64,000 nucleotides of DNA, taken from an uncultured Bacteroides sp. GTDB taxonomy: Bacteria; Bacteroidota; Bacteroidia; Bacteroidales; GCA-2748055. The notes beneath the pieces were generated by a model. The model was not told the DNA's origin. It was given only the letters and a program-made list of their open reading frames with translations, and ran no database searches. The stretch lies in assembly GCA_964579515.1 (NCBI GenBank), contig CAZOHA010000009.1, forward strand, positions 41 through 64,040, read 5' to 3'. Each line of letters starts with the position of its first letter. The first letter of the stretch is position 1. A program made the position numbers and the translations under genes. This document shows positions 24,833 to 35,289 of the stretch, piece by piece.

Positions 24833-27800
24833 TTAAAGATTTACACGGACTCCCACCTGGGCCCTGAATCCGTAGAACTGACTGTTGGTGGGCAATGCAG
24901 GTTTATCACCCTGCTCCCCGAAGAAGTAGTCATCGATGTGGTTCCCTAGATTGGTCAGGTTGGCATAGGCCGAAACCCGCTCGGTGATCTGCTGCTTTAA
25001 CATCAGGTCGATCAGCGAAAAGGTATCATAGTAGCTGTCGAAGACCGAATACTTCGCATCGAGGCTTTCCACCGTCTCGCTCTGATACCGGTAAGAGACC
25101 CTGGCACTGAAACCGCGGAAATCCCATCCCAGGATCACATTCAGTATCGAAGAGGGCTGGTCCTCCATGGGACCGCTCCGTGTGCGGTACTCCTGTCCGT
25201 AGATAGGTACCGGAATAAACCTTGAGGTATCCAGTCCGATCTGCACCTGCTGGAAGAATGGATATTTGGTCCGGGTGTCGATCAGTGAGTAATTGATGTC
25301 AAACACCAGGCCTTTCAATATCCCCGGCAGATACCAGAAGTTGGTCTGCCAGGAGATCTCCAGTCCCATCACATGCGCTTTCTCGGTATTGTTGAATGGC
25401 AGATTGGTAGTTCCCTGGTTATCCAGGTAGAATTCATCGTAGTATTCCGATCCCAGCAACCGGTCATCCAGATCCTCCGGGCCACCGACGATATCGCCCT
25501 TCTTATTGGGCTTGTAACCGTTCATGGTAAATGCCAGATCGGAGATCTCCTTATAAAAACCGTATACGGTCAGCAATCCTAATCTGGATTTCATTACCGA
25601 CACCCCCAGGTCGAAGTTCCATGCCGTGGAAGGCTCCAGATAAGGATTGTTGGAGGTGATGAAGTTGCTGTTATGTCGATAGATCACCAGCGGGGAGATC
25701 TGGCGGAAACTGGGGCGGGAGGTACTCTTGTAGGCAGCCGCCTGGATACTCAGAAAATCGGTCACCTTATACTTTAAGTTCACCGAAGGAAACCAATTGG
25801 CATTCAACCTGTCGGTAATAATCGAATCGGGATTGGGCTCGATGCCTGTCTGCCCGTCATTGGTCTTAATATGATAGGCGAAATACTCCGTCTCGTTCCG
25901 CTCATAGCGCACCCCGGGCAGGATCATCAATTTGCTCCCGATATTGATCTCTGTCATGATGTAACCGGCATAGAGTCGCTCGCTTGCCTCATAGTCCCTC
26001 ACATAACTCTCTACCCCCCTTACAAAATAGAGGTGGTCGGGGTCCTTCACCCACTCCTCCTGAAGACCGGTCAAAAGTTCGATATCGCCCGACCACGGAG
26101 CCTGGTAACGTCCGTTGAGAAGTTCTCCGGGGTTATAGGTTTCATCGATAAAATTATGGGCACTGATCCCCCTCTGAGCGCCGATATTCGTGCTGATCCA
26201 GGGATTCTCGCTGATAAATGCCTGCCGGCGGGCCACCGAGCCGCCCCACTCGAAATTGTAGAAAGTGCTGGTCCCGTTGCTGGTGCGGGTCAACTGATGG
26301 TATTTTCCACCCAGCTGCAATTTTCCGTTGACCGGGCCAAAGGAGTAGGAAAGTTCGTAATCGAGCCTTGCATCATAGCTCTCATCAACCAGAGAGAGTT
26401 CTCCCCGGTCCATCCGTTGCAGGTAACTGTCTTCGATCTTGAGAGAATCTTCCGCTCCCACTCGTTCGACAGCCTCACTGGGCTGACGGTACACCAGCCA
26501 GTTCTGGTCCAGGTTGTAGTCGTTGCTCTCCACAAACGGAAACCCCTGGTCATCCTGGAGCCTCTCCGCATAGGTGGTTGAAAGGTTGATGTCCAGTTTG
26601 GAGGAACCAAACCGGAAGCTGTTCTGCAGGGTGTGGGTTCGGGTCATGGTCCTCCACAGCGTCTCATTGACCGAAGAGTTGAAGTTGGCAGGAGTCCCCT
26701 GGGGATTAAACAGATACGTGAATTGCCTGCTCAGCACATCGTCATTTTTAATGCTCAGGAGATTGAAGAATTTTGCCTCCCACCAGTTGTTCCTGAAATC
26801 CATGATCAAACTACCGTTGGTCCTGCGGCGGGTCTGCAGGTGATCGGTCAGGGCGGCATTCTCCGTACGGACCAGCAGGGTGGAGTCGATCACGTTCCCG
26901 TCATCATCGGTATCAAAATTCCAGTAAGCGCCTGAATAACCACCGTTGAAACGGTGAGAAGGCATCTGCTTCTGTTCGTGGGAAGCCTTCAGGCTCACCC
27001 CCAGCTTCTTCTCGAAAAACCGGTCGCTAATTCCTCCGGTGAATTTGTAGTTTCCGAAATCCTGACCCAGATTGGCATACCCCCCTTCGGCGATCAGGTC
27101 GATCCTTCGTCTGTTGGGGGCCTCCAGCAATCTGAGATTCACGGTTCCGCCCAGGGCATCCGCGTCCATATCGGGCCGGAGCGACTTGGAGACCTCGATC
27201 CCCGAGAGCAGTTCACTCTGCACCAGGCTCAGGTCCACACTGCGGTCGAAGTCACTGGTGGATGCCATCTTGATCCCTTCGATGGTGACGTTATTATACT
27301 TGGGCGAGAGTCCCCGGATAACAATCTGGTTGGCCTCTCCCGAATTTCGTTTCAGGGAGATGCCGGGTAACCTTCCGATGGCTTCGGCAGCATTGGCATC
27401 GGGCAGTTCCTGGATCTTTTCCGAAGAGACAACATTTACTACTGTGTTGGCTGCCAGCTGCTGGTTGATGGCCGCCCGCTGGCCGTAGGCCTGGGCGGTG
27501 ATGACCGCCTCTTCGCCCTGGATGGCCAGAACTTCCAGCTCCGCACTGATTGTCTGAGTCTCCCCGGCCACCACGTTCACGGTGATCTCTCTCTCCCGGT
27601 GCCCCAGAAAACTGATGGTCACCACCCGTTCTCCCGCGGGAACATTGGAAAGTAAAAAGTCACCGTCCAGGTCAGATGCAGTTCCCAGGAAAAACTCTTC
27701 GACCACCACATTGGCCCCGGGAAGGGCCTCGCCGGTCTGGGCATCCACTACCTTTCCCCTGATTGACCCCGTCGACTGTGCTGATATCAGAAGAGGAAAT

Positions 27801-27850
27801 AAAAGGAATATGCACAGTGAAGGCCAAACCTTTCTGTTGAATGTTCTCAT
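24833..27850 (-). CDS. TonB-dependent receptor with N-terminal carboxypeptidase-regulatory-like domain
   Basis: 1005-aa ORF with a signal peptide. The CarbopepD_reg-like domain is GSIRGKVVDAQTGEALPGANVVV...DGDFLLSNVPAG, followed by a plug region and a C-terminal beta-barrel ending FRAQVGVRVNL. Confidence 0.88.
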   Translation of the reverse strand: MRTFNRKVWPSLCIFLLFPLLISAQSTGSIRGKVVDAQTGEALPGANVVVEEFFLGTASDLDGDFLLSNVPAGERVVTISFLGHREREITVNVVAGETQTISAELEVLAIQGEEAVITAQAYGQRAAINQQLAANTVVNVVSSEKIQELPDANAAEAIGRLPGISLKRNSGEANQIVIRGLSPKYNNVTIEGIKMASTSDFDRSVDLSLVQSELLSGIEVSKSLRPDMDADALGGTVNLRLLEAPNRRRIDLIAEGGYANLGQDFGNYKFTGGISDRFFEKKLGVSLKASHEQKQMPSHRFNGGYSGAYWNFDTDDDGNVIDSTLLVRTENAALTDHLQTRRRTNGSLIMDFRNNWWEAKFFNLLSIKNDDVLSRQFTYLFNPQGTPANFNSSVNETLWRTMTRTHTLQNSFRFGSSKLDINLSTTYAERLQDDQGFPFVESNDYNLDQNWLVYRQPSEAVERVGAEDSLKIEDSYLQRMDRGELSLVDESYDARLDYELSYSFGPVNGKLQLGGKYHQLTRTSNGTSTFYNFEWGGSVARRQAFISENPWISTNIGAQRGISAHNFIDETYNPGELLNGRYQAPWSGDIELLTGLQEEWVKDPDHLYFVRGVESYVRDYEASERLYAGYIMTEINIGSKLMILPGVRYERNETEYFAYHIKTNDGQTGIEPNPDSIITDRLNANWFPSVNLKYKVTDFLSIQAAAYKSTSRPSFRQISPLVIYRHNSNFITSNNPYLEPSTAWNFDLGVSVMKSRLGLLTVYGFYKEISDLAFTMNGYKPNKKGDIVGGPEDLDDRLLGSEYYDEFYLDNQGTTNLPFNNTEKAHVMGLEISWQTNFWYLPGILKGLVFDINYSLIDTRTKYPFFQQVQIGLDTSRFIPVPIYGQEYRTRSGPMEDQPSSILNVILGWDFRGFSARVSYRYQSETVESLDAKYSVFDSYYDTFSLIDLMLKQQITERVSAYANLTNLGNHIDDYFFGEQGDKPALPTNSQFYGFRAQVGVRVNL

Positions 27851-28119
27851 GATGAATAGCAGTAGTTTAGTTCGGTTAATTTCCTTTCAACTGAAAATTG
27901 TGATTAATTTATACAATTTTTTGCAAGATGATTCGTTATATATGTTTTTTTTCTTTTCACGTGCCGCATTCTGTAAGGGATTCCCATTACCTAAAAATCA
28001 GAAATCGTTTAGCTGCGGCATGGTAATACTCCCTGAAAATCCTCTGAGAATCTCCGGGAACGATCCCGGAAGTCTGTGGAGAGGGAGATTTTTTGGGGGG
28101 TCGCTCCTGATCAGTTGAC

Positions 28120-30759
28120 TCAACGAAGTCCGAAGCGGTACGAGAATTTCAGCAAAAAGGTATTGGTGGCCTTCTTATCGGTGAAGAGCTGATCCAGGTT
28201 TTCCCATACCTCGAATGAACCGGCAGGAGTGTAGTAGTCCCTGGTCTGGGACCATACCAGGTATGCGGTGGAGCCGGGAAGAAATTCCCATCGGACCACC
28301 AGATTGGAGAGCCACTCGTCCACATTGAAATCGGGATTGTCAAACCGGTAATCGACCTGTCCGTCCAGATTCTCATCCACTTCATATGTATCTTCCACCA
28401 GGCGGAGCTGTTCCTGATCGAACATCCGGTACCTGCTCCGGAATTCATCCGCTTCGGGATCGGTGATCCTCTTGAATTCACTGTAATCACCTGAGGCTAT
28501 GAAGGGTTGACCCCAGTACTGGATGGTCAGGTCGGGAGTGATGTTATAGTTGACCCGGAGCGACATGCTCAGGGTTTTCCGGTCGATGCCTGCAAAAATG
28601 TAACGGTCCTCCCCTTCCATCTCCTCCAGGGTCACATACTGCAGCATCTGGTTGGTATAACTGTATCCCGGACTGAGGGAAATATTCAGGGTATTCACAG
28701 GCCTCACGGTAAACTCCAGCTCAAAGGAACCCCGTTGCATGTATTGCCCGGCCCCCCAGTAGGAAAACCCGAAGAAACCGGCCGAGAACGCTTTCCTGTC
28801 ATCGGTCGATAGCCGGTAAAAAAGCCGCGCACTGTTGGGAAGATCAATAGCCGGTCCTCCCCTGAGCATAGTATTGGAGGTTTGCAGAAAATTGAATCCG
28901 CCCCCGAATCCACCCCGCCAGTAGTTCCTGAACTGAGCGTGAGCGTTATATTCATATCCGAGTCCGCCGATCCTTCCCGCAAAATCTGTATTGAGATAAA
29001 TATCATTATTCAGGTTCAGGTTCCTGAATATGCTGAATGGTTCCGTAAAACTGTAGCCGGTCCACAGCACACCCAGCACATCGTCCGCCTGCCGCATGAA
29101 TCCCATGTCGTTCAGTTCGACTCCGGGACTCTTGAAAACCCCCAGAAAAAGGAAATTCCACCTCCCGCCGATCTTTCCGAATTCCAGCTTACCCCCCATC
29201 CCGGTCAGACTGGTCCGTGAGGAGTCCAGTTTCACATGATCCACATCCGGGCGCTGAAAATACCTGGCCGAGGAACGCTGGGTCCTGGTGATCGCCTCGG
29301 TGGAACCCTCCACATGGCTCATATAGAGTGCTCCATCCAGGATATAATTACGTTCATTGAAGAACTGGGTGAAATCCACCCCGGCCGAAGCGGCGCTGTG
29401 GTGAAGATAATCCATTCCTGTTCCGTCCAGTCTTCTGTAAGTATGCGTGGCCGCTGCGCCCAGGATGGTATTTCCCTTTCGAAAATCCTTCTGCAACCTG
29501 GCCAGGGCATAGTTGGTCAGCGGTTCCACCGTCTCATTCCGCTCCTCTCCGCTGGTATGGATCCTTGCTTTGGTATCGGCCGTCACCGCCTCCATGATCC
29601 CCACCGAAAGCCCTTTCTGGGTCTTTCCGGTTAACTTTGCAGCTCCCAGGATCCTGGCAAACAAGGGCATTTTCACATACTCGTCATCCCCCGCATCGGG
29701 ATACCCGTGGGGTCTTCTCCCGATCCTTCTGGAGTAAAACAGATTATCATTTCCCACATCCCCATCGCCCAGCCCCACATTGAAACTGGTGATACTGTTG
29801 CCTTCGATAAAAAAGGGTCGCTTCTCCCGGAAATAGGTCTCAAATGCCGTCAGATTCACCTCCGAGGGATCGGCTTCCACCTGGCCGAAATCGGGGTTGA
29901 TCGTAAAATCGAGCGTCAGGTTGTTGGTCACCCCGATCTTCCCGTCCAGTCCCACGTTATAGTCTCCATCGGTCCCGCCGGCAAAAGGATTACCCTCCTC
30001 CGGCTCATAGGTCTTCACCGATCCCACCGCATAAGGAGTGAGATCGAACTGCTTCCTGGGTTCGATCCCCTGTAACCCGTCCAGCTCACCCATGGCGTGA
30101 ATGAGACCGGGGGCGGTTCGCGGAATCGGGTGCCACATGCTCATTTCGTTGTGACGGAAAATCTGCCGCACCACCTCGAAACCCCAGACCTCGGAGGAAT
30201 TCTTCTTGAACCGGAGCTGTGTCAGCGGGATCTTCATCTCCGCGCCCCACCCCCATTCATGCACCTGCGCCCTGGCGAGCCAGATGGGATCCCATGTGGG
30301 ATCTTCGTTCTGACCGTTGTTTGAAAAGATCATATCGAAACGGACCCCTGCAGAACTCACCCCGAAAACAAATCCGGTGCGCAGGTCGTGATAGCTGTCG
30401 AAAACAACGAACACCATATCTCCCTCCCCGTTGTCACGGCGACTCATCCGGTTGGTGATGCTGTCCGGCGCCGAATCCAGGGCACGGACCGCCACATAGA
30501 GGTTCATATCGTCATATGCCACCTTGAATTCAGTCGGCTGGGAAGGGGGCCTTCCGTCATAGGGCTCATGTTGCACGAAATCACCTGCCCATTCCCCCTG
30601 CTGCCAGACCGGGTCATCAAAAATCCCGTTGATCAGCGGAGGCTCCTCCAGACGGTAGGCCTCATAGACCTTTTTTGGAAGGATCTCCGACTGACCGGAA
30701 ACCATGGTGGCTAAATGCAGCGCAACGGCAAAAAATGGGAAGCATGCCCTGTTAATCAT
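28120..30759 (-). CDS. CBM9-like domain + DUF5916-type outer-membrane beta-barrel protein
   Basis: 879-aa ORF with a signal peptide. Its N-terminus INGIFDDPVWQQGEWAGDFVQHEPYDGRPPSQPTEFKVAYDDMNLYVAVRALD matches the CBM9/DUF5916 family as I remember it. The C-terminus ends in an aromatic-rich barrel (FLLKFSYRFGLR). Confidence 0.7.
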   Translation of the reverse strand: MINRACFPFFAVALHLATMVSGQSEILPKKVYEAYRLEEPPLINGIFDDPVWQQGEWAGDFVQHEPYDGRPPSQPTEFKVAYDDMNLYVAVRALDSAPDSITNRMSRRDNGEGDMVFVVFDSYHDLRTGFVFGVSSAGVRFDMIFSNNGQNEDPTWDPIWLARAQVHEWGWGAEMKIPLTQLRFKKNSSEVWGFEVVRQIFRHNEMSMWHPIPRTAPGLIHAMGELDGLQGIEPRKQFDLTPYAVGSVKTYEPEEGNPFAGGTDGDYNVGLDGKIGVTNNLTLDFTINPDFGQVEADPSEVNLTAFETYFREKRPFFIEGNSITSFNVGLGDGDVGNDNLFYSRRIGRRPHGYPDAGDDEYVKMPLFARILGAAKLTGKTQKGLSVGIMEAVTADTKARIHTSGEERNETVEPLTNYALARLQKDFRKGNTILGAAATHTYRRLDGTGMDYLHHSAASAGVDFTQFFNERNYILDGALYMSHVEGSTEAITRTQRSSARYFQRPDVDHVKLDSSRTSLTGMGGKLEFGKIGGRWNFLFLGVFKSPGVELNDMGFMRQADDVLGVLWTGYSFTEPFSIFRNLNLNNDIYLNTDFAGRIGGLGYEYNAHAQFRNYWRGGFGGGFNFLQTSNTMLRGGPAIDLPNSARLFYRLSTDDRKAFSAGFFGFSYWGAGQYMQRGSFELEFTVRPVNTLNISLSPGYSYTNQMLQYVTLEEMEGEDRYIFAGIDRKTLSMSLRVNYNITPDLTIQYWGQPFIASGDYSEFKRITDPEADEFRSRYRMFDQEQLRLVEDTYEVDENLDGQVDYRFDNPDFNVDEWLSNLVVRWEFLPGSTAYLVWSQTRDYYTPAGSFEVWENLDQLFTDKKATNTFLLKFSYRFGLR

Positions 30760-31024
30760 TCGTTAAATTATTGAATACGCGTTCATTACAGAAAAAAAGC
30801 CGGAAGGCCCCATTTAACAGACGTGCGGGATGTTATTTCGTTACAAAGATCGGTTTATTAACGGGTTTTCATATGATTTATTCCCATTTCAGATGGTTTC
30901 CGGATCGAACAATGAGGCCGTAATATTGTAAAAATCAGTAAACACCATACCCTGCTCCCATCCACCCCGGCATGTCGCTCCGGAAATTCACTCCGGCAAC
31001 TCTTTTGAAAACGCTTAAAATTTA

Positions 31025-32404
31025 ATGAGTATGAAGAAATTGCTACTGCCGATCGCCCTCCTGTGGGCCACTGTCTCCATCTTCAGCCAGCATCCCCGGG
31101 AAGGATTTCAGCCGGAAAACCGGCGAACACCTGAACAGCAGTCTGAAGAACGATCCCCGGATTCTCACGGAAAATGGAAGAGCATGGCACCCTTCCTCGC
31201 TTCTCCGCATTCCCTGAAATCCATGCAGGAGTTCTACAGGCTCGACAGCCTTCTGGAAGAGGACTGGGATATGGCCGCTTCCTCCTATGCGGGAGATTTT
31301 AAAGCATATTATACCTATAACGAGGCGGGAAGCCTCACAGAGTTCCGGTCGGTTACCCGGAACGATGAGTCCGGCACCTGGGATCCCTATGACCGGGAAA
31401 CCTACCTGTATGACGAAGAAAGCCGGCTGGTGCTGTTCACCGATTATGACCTGGATGAATCGGGCACTGAATGGTACGATTCCTGGGCGGAAGCTTTCAA
31501 TTATGCAGACGGTCGGTTGATCGAAACCATAGAAGCGCAGAGGGACGGGCCTGGAGAGGAGGCCTATCCCGTCTGGAAAACAGTCTTTTCCTACGACGAA
31601 TCCGGATGGGTCACAGGCACCATGGAATACATTTTCCTGTTCGACTGGGAACTGACCTGGAAGACCGAACGCACCTACAGCGAGTCCGGCCAGTTACTCA
31701 CCTATACAGATTTCAACGACAGCGACACGGATCCCTCCGGATGGGTCTATGTGGACAGGGAGACCTACTCCTATGACGAAGAGAATCTCCTCACAGAGTA
31801 TGTAAGGATCGAATGGGATGAAGAGGCCGGGGTCTGGGTCAATGTGGACAGAGAAGAGTTTGATCTCCAATCCAACGGTGATGTGCAGGGATTTATCGAT
31901 TTCGACTGGAACGAAATGGATGAACAATGGGAGATGAACAGGAAACTGGAATATACCTACAAGCCGGGAGTGACCTATGAACAGCTGTGGATCCCCTGGT
32001 TTTACATGGACGACATCCCCAACTATTTCAACAGCCAGTTGATCAGCTATGCAGGGTCCGATTACGAGTCCGGAGAATGGGTGAATGCCTTCCGGGGAAC
32101 CTATTTTTACACGGCCCCCGAGGCTACAGGGCTGCGGACCTCAGGCAGAAGCAGTTTTACACTCTATCCCAATCCTGCCTCCTCGTCAGTCCGGCTTTCC
32201 GCAGATGGCGTTCCCGCAGATGGCATTTCCGGCCTCTTATCAGTGGAATTGTATGACCTGCGCGGGAAACTGCTGCTGAGAGACCAGGTTGTTCCGGAGC
32301 AGCTGATCGACCTGAAGGATGTTCCGGAAGGGATCTATCTTCTGCGAGTAATGGATCGCCTTGATCAGCCGGTGGGAATGGAAAAGATCGTTATTCGCAA
32401 ATAA
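31025..32404 (+). CDS. Secreted hypothetical protein with YD-like repeats and T9SS CTD
   Basis: 459-aa ORF with a signal peptide. Repeated ETY(L/S)YDEE...L motifs are present. The CTD is TLYPNPASSSVRLSADG...LYDLRGKLL...GIYLLRVMD. Confidence 0.75.
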   Translation: MSMKKLLLPIALLWATVSIFSQHPREGFQPENRRTPEQQSEERSPDSHGKWKSMAPFLASPHSLKSMQEFYRLDSLLEEDWDMAASSYAGDFKAYYTYNEAGSLTEFRSVTRNDESGTWDPYDRETYLYDEESRLVLFTDYDLDESGTEWYDSWAEAFNYADGRLIETIEAQRDGPGEEAYPVWKTVFSYDESGWVTGTMEYIFLFDWELTWKTERTYSESGQLLTYTDFNDSDTDPSGWVYVDRETYSYDEENLLTEYVRIEWDEEAGVWVNVDREEFDLQSNGDVQGFIDFDWNEMDEQWEMNRKLEYTYKPGVTYEQLWIPWFYMDDIPNYFNSQLISYAGSDYESGEWVNAFRGTYFYTAPEATGLRTSGRSSFTLYPNPASSSVRLSADGVPADGISGLLSVELYDLRGKLLLRDQVVPEQLIDLKDVPEGIYLLRVMDRLDQPVGMEKIVIRK

Positions 32405-32416
32405 CTGATTGACTCT

Positions 32417-33412
32417 CTAGTACCCCTCTCGTAAAAGGATCTTCACATAATCCCTGCCCAGCTTGTCTTTATAGAGCTCATATGATTTCTGTGCCCACTG
32501 TCTGGCCTCGGCCGGCCGTCCCAGTACCTCATTGGCCACCCCCATATTGAGGCACGCGCGGCCGGCTGTCTTCCGTCTGGGATGCCCGGTGAGATCGATC
32601 CATAATTCCATGGCGCCTTCCCAGTTGGCCATCTCAGCGCGCCGGTAGCCGGCTTTGAAGGGATGCTTGCCGGACCCGCCGGTCCTTTTGTAAAGTTTTC
32701 TGCGTACTGTGTAATACGAAGGGAGATACCGCTGAATATAGGAACTGCCCGCCTCATAGGCTGCCGAGGGAAGAGCGTCGGGCGGCAGAAGACCGTTGGA
32801 TGTGTGAAAGGCCATATAGCTGTCGTGGTGATACTGATCGACGATATTCCGGGCTTCCGGATCATAGAGTCTCCAGTAGGAAACTACATGGACTTTCACC
32901 TCCCTCGGACCGGGCACTCTGGGCTTGCCGGTGGATAAAATGGCACTGACCTGACCGGTAGCCTCCGACAGAAGCAGGTCGGTGTTGGAATCGAAGTTTT
33001 CGAGCACCAGCAATGCATCGGCACCCTCCTCCTCACATATCTTTTCCACCACATCCCATTCCAGCAGTTCAGGCAGTTCCCGGGTACCGGTCCCTTCCAT
33101 CCGGAGCCGGGCCGGGATCACCAGTTCGGCCTGCTCCATTCCTGTGATCGCATCATACACTCCCTTAATGCATTCATCGGATGCAAGGCGGTCCGAGCCC
33201 GCGATCTCGCCGGTGGCAATGGCCTCCAGAACCTTTCCGCCTTCGTCCTCTTCACTGGTCAGGGACCGGTTGACCACCGCGATCGATCGGATTTCCTCCG
33301 GGAGGACCTTCTCCGGGGAAAGGGGGCGGCTCAGACTTACATATCCGTATTTGCTGCAACCGGCGGCAGCCATACCCATCAAACCAAACAGAAAAAGATG
33401 ACTGAGTTTCAT
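32417..33412 (-). CDS. Lipoprotein of unknown function with a TPR-like C-terminus
   Basis: 331-aa ORF with lipobox GMAAAGCS. The C-terminal helical repeat is WEGAMELWIDL...ACLNMGVANEVLGRPAEARQWAQKSYELY. Confidence 0.65.
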   Translation of the reverse strand: MKLSHLFLFGLMGMAAAGCSKYGYVSLSRPLSPEKVLPEEIRSIAVVNRSLTSEEDEGGKVLEAIATGEIAGSDRLASDECIKGVYDAITGMEQAELVIPARLRMEGTGTRELPELLEWDVVEKICEEEGADALLVLENFDSNTDLLLSEATGQVSAILSTGKPRVPGPREVKVHVVSYWRLYDPEARNIVDQYHHDSYMAFHTSNGLLPPDALPSAAYEAGSSYIQRYLPSYYTVRRKLYKRTGGSGKHPFKAGYRRAEMANWEGAMELWIDLTGHPRRKTAGRACLNMGVANEVLGRPAEARQWAQKSYELYKDKLGRDYVKILLREGY

Positions 33413-33471
33413 AATGCGTGGTTTCGATCATTTGCAAATTAACAATGTATACGTGGATCACATAAAAGAGT

Positions 33472-33479
33472 TATTTTTG
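33472..33479 (+). promoter_or_regulatory. TAnnTTTG -7 box (TATTTTTG) upstream of the 33499 kinase gene
   Basis: Exact motif match, 20 nt upstream of the ATG. Confidence 0.3.
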
Positions 33480-33498
33480 AAACTCATCAGTTTATCCG

Positions 33499-35265
33499 AT
33501 GCTCAGAAAACTCAGCTTCAGGCAAAAGCTATTCATCAATTTCGCCATCATCTTTGCCATTTTCACCGTTCTGGTACTGATCTTTCAGTTTGAACGGGAA
33601 AAAAGCTTCCGGAGAAACAATTTCGAGACTACCCTGGATAATATTGCAGAACTGACCAATAACTATATCCGCAGGTATGAAATCTACCGGCAGGGGGAAT
33701 TCTGGAGAATCGACTCCCTCACCACGTTCACCCCCCGGCTGGATATCCGCATCACTCTGATCGGAAAAGAAGGAAGGGTCCTGTACGACAGCGAGGTGGA
33801 TGACCTCCCCTCCATGGAGAACCACCTGGGCAGACCGGAGGTGCAGGAAGCGATCGGTCAGGGGACCGGTTCCAACATCCGGAAATCGGAAACCACCGGT
33901 CTGAGTTACTACTATTATGTGAAATCCTATCCTGACTATTTTGTGCGTACAGCTGCCCATTACGATGTGCGGGTGAAAGACTACCTGCATGTGGAGAGGC
34001 TGTTCATCGCCTACCTGGCACTTCTGTTCATCGTTTTCTCACTGGTCCTTATGGTCATCACCCGGCGGGTTTCCGTCACCATCACCAAACTGAAGGATTT
34101 TTCCATCAGGCTGCACTCCGGGGAGGAACCGGAGGGCCCCATCGATTTCCCGGATGATGAACTGGGGGTGATCAGCGGCCAGATCGCCTCTATTTACCAT
34201 GACCTGAATAAGGCGCGTCAGGAGATTGCCGCCGAGCAGGAAAAACTGCTTGGCCACCTGAATGCCCTGAATGAAGGTATCGCATTTTTCACTCCTGAAA
34301 GAGCAATGATCCTCACCAACCAGCAATTCATCCAGAACCTGAATCTGATATCGGAGGAATCCAACATTCCGGCCGAAAAGATCTTTGAAATCGAGGAGAT
34401 GGGACCGGTGGTCAAATTCATCGATGCTCAGCTGGAAGAATCCCGGCCGATAGAATCTGTAGATCTTCCCCAGATGGAGACTGTTATCCTTAAGCGGAAC
34501 AGGTATTTCAGTGTGAAATGCATGTTCTTTACCGACCGAAGCTTTGAGATCGTGATCACCGATACCACCAGGCTGGAAAAACGGAAGCTGATCAAGCAGC
34601 AGGTCACCTCCAATGTGGCCCATGAACTGAAAACTCCCGCCACCTCCATTCTGGGTTACCTGGAAACCATGCAGGAGGGTGATATGCCCGAAGAGACCCG
34701 CAGGCATTTCCTTCAAAGGGCCTATCTCCAGGCTGAACGCCTTTCCGTTTTAATCGAAGATATCTCCTCGCTGAACAGGATCGAAGAGGCACCGGAGAAT
34801 TTTGAAATGGAGCCAATCCACATCCGCCCGATTGCAGAGGAGGTGCACGAGCACCTGAAACTGAAACTGAATGCGCTGCGAATCGTGGTCCACAACGAAC
34901 TTCCTGAAGAGATGGCGGTCAGGGGGAATGCCTCCCTGCTCTACTCGGTGTTTTATAACCTTTTCGACAACGTTATCAAATACGGGGGAGAAGGGATCGA
35001 GATCAGGCTGACCAACTACCTGGAGGATAAAAAATTCTACTATGTCTCCTTTTCCAACACCGGGAACACCATCGACGAACAGCACTTCACGCGTATTTTC
35101 GAACGGTTTTACCGGATCGACAAAGGACGTTCCCGGGAATCGGGCGGAACCGGCCTGGGGCTCTCCATTGTAAAAAACGCCATCGAACTTCACAAGGGAA
35201 AGATCACCGCCAGAAGCTACAAAGAGGGCAAGGGAGTGGAGTTCCTTTTCTCGCTGATGAAGTGA
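33499..35265 (+). CDS. Sensor histidine kinase (PhoR-like: 2 TM, HisKA, HATPase) with no adjacent response regulator
   Basis: 588-aa ORF with H-box SNVAHELKTPATSILGYLE and G-boxes GGTGLGLSIVKN. Two TM helices flank a roughly 140-aa extracytoplasmic domain. Confidence 0.88.
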   Translation: MLRKLSFRQKLFINFAIIFAIFTVLVLIFQFEREKSFRRNNFETTLDNIAELTNNYIRRYEIYRQGEFWRIDSLTTFTPRLDIRITLIGKEGRVLYDSEVDDLPSMENHLGRPEVQEAIGQGTGSNIRKSETTGLSYYYYVKSYPDYFVRTAAHYDVRVKDYLHVERLFIAYLALLFIVFSLVLMVITRRVSVTITKLKDFSIRLHSGEEPEGPIDFPDDELGVISGQIASIYHDLNKARQEIAAEQEKLLGHLNALNEGIAFFTPERAMILTNQQFIQNLNLISEESNIPAEKIFEIEEMGPVVKFIDAQLEESRPIESVDLPQMETVILKRNRYFSVKCMFFTDRSFEIVITDTTRLEKRKLIKQQVTSNVAHELKTPATSILGYLETMQEGDMPEETRRHFLQRAYLQAERLSVLIEDISSLNRIEEAPENFEMEPIHIRPIAEEVHEHLKLKLNALRIVVHNELPEEMAVRGNASLLYSVFYNLFDNVIKYGGEGIEIRLTNYLEDKKFYYVSFSNTGNTIDEQHFTRIFERFYRIDKGRSRESGGTGLGLSIVKNAIELHKGKITARSYKEGKGVEFLFSLMK

Positions 35266-35289
35266 CCCGGAGCCCGAGGATCGAAACAG

